A DNA stretch of 64,000 bases from Candidatus Aceula meridiana (GTDB taxonomy: Bacteria > Omnitrophota > Gorgyraeia > Zapsychrales > Aceulaceae). The translations under genes were made by a program, and so were the position numbers. This document shows, in pieces, positions 15,001 to 24,000 of the stretch (within the stretch, counting starts at the first letter, position 1; each line of letters begins with the position of its first letter). The notes below the pieces were generated by a model. It was not told the origin of the DNA, made no database searches, and was given only the letters and a program-made list of their open reading frames with translations. The stretch is taken from positions 17,276 through 81,275 of the forward strand of contig JAVCDE010000026.1 in NCBI GenBank assembly GCA_030765185.1. Reading direction: 5' to 3'.

Positions 15001-18000
15001 CTAAAATTAAAAGATCTTTTAGGGAAAATTAAAGCATTGGATAAAGAAGCTAAGATTATGGATGAGAATTTTTTGAAAAAAGAAATACACATTCTTGCGA
15101 ATCTTAACAAGGACTATCAAAGTTTTTCTGTTACGCTTAATAGCATTTTATCTGTATTTGAAACTTTAAAGATTTATGTTTATGAAAATGTTAGTAGCTG
15201 GCAACCGAAAGATGAGAGATTAACGCCTAAAAAAGAAACTCCATTTCTTGTTCCGCTAAGAAGACTTCGCAAGCTAGACGACAAAGTTGTTTTGTATGAA
15301 TTTGTAATTGGAATACCGGCTACTTCAGAAGAGAAAATTTTGATAGAAAAACTTCAGCAAGTAACAAATGGCGGAGTTGTTGAAATTGTAGAGGCTTCGT
15401 CAGCGATTTCGTCTTTAGCGTTTTTTGACTTTATTCCGCAAGATGAGGATGCTGAGACGAAAAACGCGCGTCCAATAATCATTATGGAAGACGACGATAA
15501 AGAAACAACTAGGGTGATGTTGAACATATGGTTTTTTGATCGTGAGAATTTTGATGCCATGATGGAAACGTTTAAAGGAACAATGAAGGCTAAAAAGTCG
15601 GGGGTTATAAATATTAGCCTTGATCAAGAATTATCGAGACTTCATAAGATGCAGCGGAATATCCAGCGGCTGGAACGAATAAAAAAGACTATGGATCCGA
15701 ATGCGGGGAGCCTAGAATTTTTCGATAGTACTGTTGGTCTTGGACAAATTAGAATTAATAGGCTTAGAGGGGGAGCATCGTACGAAATAACAATCAGAAA
15801 AGACGATAAATTAGGGTATGTTTTAGTTTGCAAGGAGCAAGAGGGTGCTGAAGAAGTTATTATTGTAGGTCTGAAATCGACCTTGTCTCCGGGAATGACA
15901 ACCTTACCTCTTTTAGGGCGAGGCAAGACTTTTGGGGAGGCGGCTAAAAATGCGCATTCAGTCCTGACGGCAGACCAAGAGCTGGACAGAGAAATGTATG
16001 ATGTAATGATGCATATATGGTTTAAGGCTCGGAAAAGGTTTGGGCGTATGCTTAAGATCTTCAAGGTCAAGATCAGAACGAATGGCGCAGGGGAGATAAC
16101 CTTGAGTATTGGCGGGCATCGAATAGCCATCGGAAAATTAAAAAAGAACACTTTTTATACAGTAACTCTAAGGCGAGATGCTCATTTTGGATATATTTTG
16201 GTGTTGAGGACGAAAACGGGAGAGACGGCTATCGTAAAGTTAAATGTGTCATTGACGAAGAACACATATCTTTCTTCTTTGGGGCGGGGGAAAACTTTAG
16301 GGAAGGCTATGGAGAGGGTACAACAGAAATATCCAAAATCTGCGCACTCTCTTTCAAAGGGCAAGTTGAGAAAAGTCGAAATAAGGGATCTAGTCAAATT
16401 CGTTCAGGCTGGATTTGAGCCAGGGGAAGAATTGAGTTGCGCATACGAATATGAACGAGTATTGAGCTGTGGATTTCTGATGGATACCTATCGCGTAAAG
16501 GAGGGGAAGTTGGCTTCTCGTTTAAAAGAAACGATTGTTGCCGAAGCTCCTCCAGGCATACAAAAAGCACTTGATGCTTTTGAAGCTGTCTATGGGAAGG
16601 AAGTTTCTTCCGTACCGTTTACCCACGAAGGTCAAGATTATATTTTTATCAATTCTTTGTGTGACCTATCTTTTACCCAACTCTGTGAAGCCATTATTTA
16701 CGATACCTGCACTCTGGCAGGAATGTATCATTCGGGTGCTAGCCTGAAATCTCAAAATTTGATGTATGGGCATAAAAATGAAGATGAGAAAAACAGGGTT
16801 TATTTAAAGGCTATGTATAGTGTTTTGACTAACTATCAGGAAAAGGCTGATGTTATTGTTGATGATTTTTATGTGGAGGCAGAAACTGACAGTCTTGGGA
16901 TAATAGAGGTTTTTACACAGGGAACCACATTGCAGATTTGTGCCCCCAAAAGGGATACTGTCTATGAAATAACGCTTAGGGACGATAAACGATTAGGATA
17001 TGTCTTGATTTTGAAGGCGAAAGACGGTGCCCAAGAGTTTGTTATAGTCGGGATGAGACGCAATCTTAACAAAATATCAACAACCTTCCCGATCTTAGGA
17101 CAGGAGCCAACCCTTGAGGAGGCTCTTGAGAACGCAGATTTGACGATTATTGAGGAGCAAGAAGAGAGAGGTGAGATTCGGACAATGCTGAACACATGGT
17201 TCTTTTTTGATCGTGAGAAATTTGATGCCATGATGGAAACATTTAAAGGAACAATAAAGGCTAAAAGGTCGGGTTGTATTGATATTAATGTTGATCGAAA
17301 ATTATCGATGCTCAGTAAAGCGATGTGGAATGCTTGGAGGTTAAATGGAATAAGGGAAAAGATTGATTCAGCTGCCCAAAGAATAGAATTTTTGGATAGT
17401 ACTATTCGGCTGGGAAACATTAGAATTAATGGGCTCAAAGGGGGTGCCTCGTATGAAATAACTATTAGAAAAGACCGTCGATTAGGGTATGTTTTGGTTT
17501 TCACCGAACAAGATGAGGCCCCAGAAGTTATTGTCATTGGGATGAAAGAGGTAATAAGTACGAAAAAGACAACATTGCCTATTTTAGGACGAGGCAAGAG
17601 TTTTGATGATGCGATAGCAACCGCGCAGCCGGTATTAACGGCAGGCCAAGAGCTGGATTGGGAAATGTATGAAGTAATGCTAAATATATGGTTTAAGGCT
17701 CGGAAAAGGTTTGGGCGTATGCTTAAGATCTTCAAGGTCAAGATCAGAACGAATGGCGCAGGGGAGATAACCTCGAGTATTGGCGGTCATCAAATAGCCA
17801 TCGGAAAATTAGGAAAGAACACTTTCTATACAGTAACTTTAAGGCAAGATGCTCATCTTGGATATATTTTGGTATTGAAATCGGAAAGAGGAGAGACGGT
17901 AATCGCAAAATTAAACGAGTCATTGACGGAGAATACATCCTTATCTCTTGGGGGGAGGGGAAAAAGTTATTCAGAAGCCTTGGATAACGCCTTGGCGAAG

Positions 18001-21000
18001 GGGATTATTGAGGGGGTAGTAAAAACAATAATGAATGAAGGAAGAATAAAGCAACATTTAAAAGCTTATGGAGAGAAAGGAAGTCTTAGCCAAAAAGATT
18101 ATTTGGAATTAATTCAAGAGGTAAAGGGAATGAATTTTTCAGCTATTTTATTATTGAACAGTATCTTTTTAGGGAATCTTAGTGATGAAGTGCAAGAGCG
18201 GGTTATTATTCGAAAGTTATTTCGTTATCGAGCAGAAAAACATGGTCTTTTTGAGGCGTATATGAGAAATGCGATTGCCATTTCGGAATCTTTTTATAAA
18301 AAAACAATGCAAAGGTTTTCTGAGGATATTCCTGAAGATAGAAATAAATTTCTTATTGTGGAGGAGGATCTAGGCTCTTTCGTATTTGATTGGCTACAAA
18401 TTGCCAAGAGATTGCGCGGGATAAGTGAAGAAGAGAGAGCGTTATTGATCAAGTCAATCCAAAGCATAGACGCTGAATTTTTTGATGTTGAAGAATTTCT
18501 TAGCAATGGAGTTGATAAAAGAACTTTGATTCTCTTCGGAGAAGCTCTCCAGGAAGAGGGTTCGGAGGATTATCCTCTTGTCACATCTTCGGCAGTGACG
18601 GGCAGGAAAAACATTTCCTCCTCAGCCAAGAGTAAAGAGGAAAAAGCGTCGTCCACCGCAGAAGGTTTGCCTAACTTGACAAAAGGACAGTTTAGAAAGT
18701 TTGCTCAAAGATTTATAAGGTCGCAACCTTGGGATACGAGAAGTAAGTATAAAAGCTCTCTTTTTGAATACGGAGATTTATCAGATTTTGAAAATCTTGT
18801 GGAGACTGATTATCTTAAGCATCCTGCCGAGACTAATTTGAGTGGGAAGTATTTTTGCTTTGAAGATTATAAGATTTTTAGCCTTGGCCAGTCTCAGATA
18901 GGATTTCTAAGGAATGCTACAAATTTTTTAATTTTTATGCCTGAATTTACCGGATGTAAATGTTTATCGCTTCATTGCTTGGATAAGAAGCCTAGCATTT
19001 ATGCTACACATTTAGGCAGCACTTTTGATTGGAAGCGATTTTTTGAATATTTTGTTAATCTTTCAACTGATCAAAAGGAAAATATGAAGTGTTGGAGTTT
19101 ATTTTGGGAGCATCCTTTTTCTGAGAAGAGCATGGAATATCTTATTAGGATTAATAAAGAGTTGCCGCAACAGATTTTTGATATTAAAAAGAAATATAAG
19201 CACTCTTCATTATTTTTTTCTCGTCAATTTTCTTTTTTAATTCATTTTGATTATATCGCCATGTTGTCGAACAGAAGGGTTGAGAAAGTTCTTGCGCTTC
19301 CTTCGCAGCGGTCTTTTCGTCCTGATCTATTGCAAAATTTCTTCTCTTTGATTCAGCAACGGTATCCTCTTATCCCATCTCGGAGGGAAGTTGTTGATGG
19401 GATTAAGGGCATTGCGCCAACAGTCTTCCAAAAACAAGTCATCTCCTCAGCAGTAACCTCATCGGCGGTAGCGACAATGGTAGCAGACGTATCCGCGGCA
19501 ATAGCGCCTATTGCCTCGATGTGGGCGCCTATTATCGTTTTTAGCTCAATAGGTGGATTATTGCGATTTGCAATAGCTAAGCATATTGACAAGTATTTTA
19601 AAGGAATTTTTCCTTATGGCACGCTGGGCGTGAATTTATTAGGTTCCTTGATGATGGGATTTATAGTCGGAGGCGTTGAAGTTATTGGTGATATTCCTGC
19701 GTGGCTTATCGGCGGATTTCTAGGCGCTTTTACAACTTTCTCAACATTTATTTTTGATATTGAAACTTTAAGAAAAAGTGGAAAATATCGAAGTCTTGCG
19801 GGATACACTCTTTTAAGCATTTTAGGAGGTTATTTTGTATTTATTTTTGGGTATTTCGCAGGGTCTTTTGGTTTAAACACGAATATGAAAATCATTTTTG
19901 TTTCATTGATCATTATTCCTCTTTTTGCTTTTCTTGCCTTTAAAAATTCAGAAAATAAAATTCCATCTTTGCGAAAAATCCCTTCCTTTGTTTCCGGGCG
20001 AGAGACTCTTTATTTGTCGATAGGAGTTACGCTTGGGGTTGTTTCAAGGATGCTTTTTCCAGGCCAAACACTTTTTGTCAATATTCTCGGATCCTTTTTA
20101 ATTGGCGCGGCTGATTTTGGCTTAGGCGATGCATCGAAAAAAAGAAAACTTCTGCTTATTACTGGTTTTTGCGGAACACTGACAACCTTTTCAGGGTTTA
20201 TTTTAAAAACTCATGGTTATTTAGCCGCGATAACGCCTTTTGAGGCAGCCGCATATATATTGGCGAGTGTCGGTTTAGGGTATTTATTTTTAAAAATTGG
20301 GGAAAAATTTAGTGCTTTTCTGCTTGGAAATAAAAAAGATACAGGATACAAAGGGCAAAATAGGAAAAAAAAGGAGGAGGTTTCTTCGGCAACCCAACCC
20401 CATGGAGCCTTAGGCGAACATTCTTCAAAGCCTTGGCGAAGAATGGATAAAAATCTTACCGCAAAGGAAAGTTCTTCCTCGACACAGCCCAAAACGTCTA
20501 AAAATGTGGCAGAGACAAAAAAAGAATATAAATTCTTTTCCCGTTTTAAAAATGGCAAGGTTATTGAAATTGAAGATTATTATGGTGCTCCAGCCGAAGA
20601 GGCTCAGGCTATAGATTTAAGAAAAGCGGTTGAGGACGCAAACCTATCTTATGCTAATGCTGACGACCCGGACGATTTATCGACTGATGATTATTTTAAA
20701 GATATCAACTTGCAGGCAGCTGAAGACATTCAGTGGTTGATTTTTGGAGGGGCTTTTAACGGGTGTCTGAAAGATGTTATGGAAAGAATCTTGCATTGTG
20801 ATGAAGTTTTTTCTGATGAATCGACATTGCGGATCACATTGCCGCTTTTTGCTATTAAGAAGCTCTATAGCCTTCAAGTGAGCAAGTACACATATGATGT
20901 TCGTAATTATCTCAACCCTGAGAGGATTCCCGAAAGAATCGCCGAATACTCTAAAGAAGGATTAGGGGTTTTAACAACAGGCCAGGAGGATGTAATCAGC

Positions 21001-24000
21001 CCTGGCTATCATTATTTTATGTTACCATACAACTCTAATTATAAAATCATCATCCGAAAAGATGGAAAAGTTTTGCGAACCATCAAGGAAGATGGTGCTC
21101 CGATAGTGATTCTTGACTTCTTTACGTCTCTTGACTCCATGAGAACTCACGCCTTTAGGCCAGTTGCCTCTTCCTCGTCTGCCAGCAAAACTATTTTACC
21201 AGCTAACAAGGGCGGATTAGAGTTGCTACGCAAGATGATACTCGATGTTTTGAACGAAAAAGGTCAGGTCAGATTGGCAATCGATGGTGGAGTCGCAGTT
21301 GGTAAGAAGTTTTTGGTCGCAGCCATTCTAGAGGGAAAATTAGGCTTGACTCGTGATGAAATTTGTATTGCTCTCTTTAATAAGTATGCTTTCAAAAGAC
21401 TAAAGGATGGTAGAGATCTCTCTAGCAAGAAATTGTTAATATTCCCTGGACACTTCTCTAGCCGTTTGTCCGATGTTGATATTAAGGTCCATTTGGTTAC
21501 TGACGGTACCACGCAGCGGTCTGATATAGTACTTAGAGGTCAGGACCTTAGCGATTACCCAGAGCTTATGAATTTTCATTCATTAGTTTTAAATGAGCTA
21601 GAAAAGAAAGAATTTGACCTAACAATCGATAATAGCCAACGGTATCGGATGCCTTTTAAGCAGATGGTAGAGCTGTTTAGCGAGCCGCGCACAAATGGAG
21701 CCTTAGGCGAATATCCTTCGAAATCTTGCCGAAGAGCGGATAAAAATCTTATCACAAAGGGAAGTGCTTCCTCGGCACAGCCCAAAACGCCTAAAAATGT
21801 GGTGGTTACTAAGCGTGAAAAGGATGACTTGAGAGATATGAAGCTCTTTAAAAGATTTTATGACGGGGATGATGATGCCTTAGGCGAGTTCTTTGAAATT
21901 CGTAGACCTTATTTTATGGGATTTTTGATAAAATGCAAACCTGGGGCTATTTCCCGCGATGACGCTGAAGATATTTACCACGATGTTTTTATCAAGGTGT
22001 TTGATAGAGAACGTACACCTTTTAAGGGAGAAGACAAGCCGAGGATTTGGATAAGAACCATTTTACGAAATGCACTTTTTGATCGCATGAAACAAAAAAA
22101 GAGCAAGAGAACAGTTCCCCTTGACCTCAAAACGTTAGAGAATTTTCTCACCCTGTCAGGTGTATTTACACCGGAAGATTGGAAGAGTAGAGAAAAAATG
22201 CGTTTGTTGATACAGAGGAGGATTAGTCAACTACCAGCGACGTATAAAAATTATTTTCTTGCCCACCATTACGATGGTTTTAAGTATAGGGAAATTGCAA
22301 AGAAGGAAGGTGTTGCGGAAGGCACCGCTAAGAGTACTGTCCATAAGGCACTTTTTTACATGATAAAGGTGTTGGCGCCGGATATAAGAGAAGATCCGAA
22401 ATTGTTGGAGTATTGCCGGGAGCACTTGAAGGATTCTCTCAAAAAGGTTCTTGGAGCAGTTGTAGTTGCGGTTTTAAGTGGCGGACTATTGGCATATGGT
22501 ATGTGTAATAATGCCGGAATGACAGAAGGGGTTGTATGCGCTTTTATCCTGCCGTTTTTCACCTACGCAAGTTATTCTAAGTTGTTAAAGACAATACATG
22601 CGTTATTCGAGGATATAAAAAGGTGCATTTCTTCATTCTTTGTTTCCTTGACCAAGGCGGCAACTTTTATTTTACACATAAGTATTTCTGGCATACGTCT
22701 TGTGTCGGGGGGTTTAAACTTTGGCACGCATTTTGCGTCGGGGGTTTTAAGACCGCTAGCTCAAAAGTATATTTCTTTACGAAAAAAATTCCGATCAAAA
22801 GATAAGCAGGCTAATCAGAGCGGTTGGGGCACAATAGCTGCGAAGGCGTCTTATTTGAAGAAACCATATCAAAATAAATCGCTAGGGAAAAGGGATGATG
22901 CGCCTAACAGTTCTTACTGGAAGAATGGTAGGCGCTATGTAAAAGAAAGAGGTTCTTGGTTTTTTAGCTTTAGCCCGGTGTTATTTTTCTTCAAAGGAGA
23001 AATTTATGCTCTGCTACAGGCCTTAGAGATTCCTTGGCAAGAGATAGGGATGACGGGATTAGTTGTCTTAGGGGTAGTGGTGATAAAGTTTTTTGCTGCA
23101 GAGAAAGGTGTTCGCATTGACACAAAAGAAAACAATAAAAATAAAAATTCTTTAGATATCACGCCGTTATCCAAAAGAAGAAATTTTTTAAAGACTGCGA
23201 CAAATGTTTTTTCTATTTTATTAGTTATCGGACTAGTGTTTTTGATACCGCTTGATGCTGTCTATGCGCAGGGTGTAGCTGACCCTGTTGAGAAGACTTT
23301 TGACCAAGAAAAAGAAATCTTTTATAAAAATTTAAAGCAATCTGCCTTGCCTTTTATCCAGCCGTTTGTTGCAACACAAGAGGACGCCAATAGGTTTGCT
23401 AATGACTTTATCTATGAGGTAGCGGGATGGAAAAGAAGCGACGGGGAACCCATTCTTTACGTCTGGAGCCAGCGGCTTAAGAATGCGCGAAGAGGGGGTC
23501 ATAATAAAGAAGTGGCTCTAGATGAGGTGATCGCCCTTGAGCTTGAAGCCATAAAAGAAATCCGCACCATTATTCACAATCGTTTTTCTCTTCATGACAA
23601 CAGTCAGGATGCGTTTCTTATTCATGAGATTTTATCGACAAATCAGGCCTGTTCTTTAGGCAGGGCACAGATTCTTTTTATCGCGCTTAATGCATTGGAA
23701 ATTCAAACATTAGGGGTCACCATGGAGGATCTTGAGGCAAACTCCCAAGGAGAGCGTGGAACATCTATTGTTGTCTCAGCTCGTTTGGCAGATTCTCGCC
23801 AAGTTTTGATAAACGTTACACTTGATTCGCCGAATTTTTTAAGCGCTGCATGTGCTTTAAGTGAGATATTTATTGCCCATGATTGCGCTGTTGAATTTAA
23901 TCCTCAGTACGCCGGAAGTCAATTTTACAGAAATATTCATATTCTTGGTATGAGAGGGCTTATCTCCGCAGCTCATACAGATTTGGCCGTAAAATATAAT

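Noticed and set aside
15642-17741. Antisense ORFs of 169 and 259 aa (15642-16151 and 16962-17741, minus strand) inside the giant gene
   Set aside because: They lie entirely within the duplicated region of a 24-kb sense ORF that has clear domain homology. The antisense translations are low-complexity (S/I/L-rich) with no motifs. Long antisense ORFs are expected opposite stop-poor coding DNA.
21250-21450. P-loop NTPase/kinase in the module between the two linker repeats (AIDGGVAVGKKF)
   Set aside because: G-x4-GK is followed by K rather than S/T and there is no convincing Walker B. I treat it as not established.
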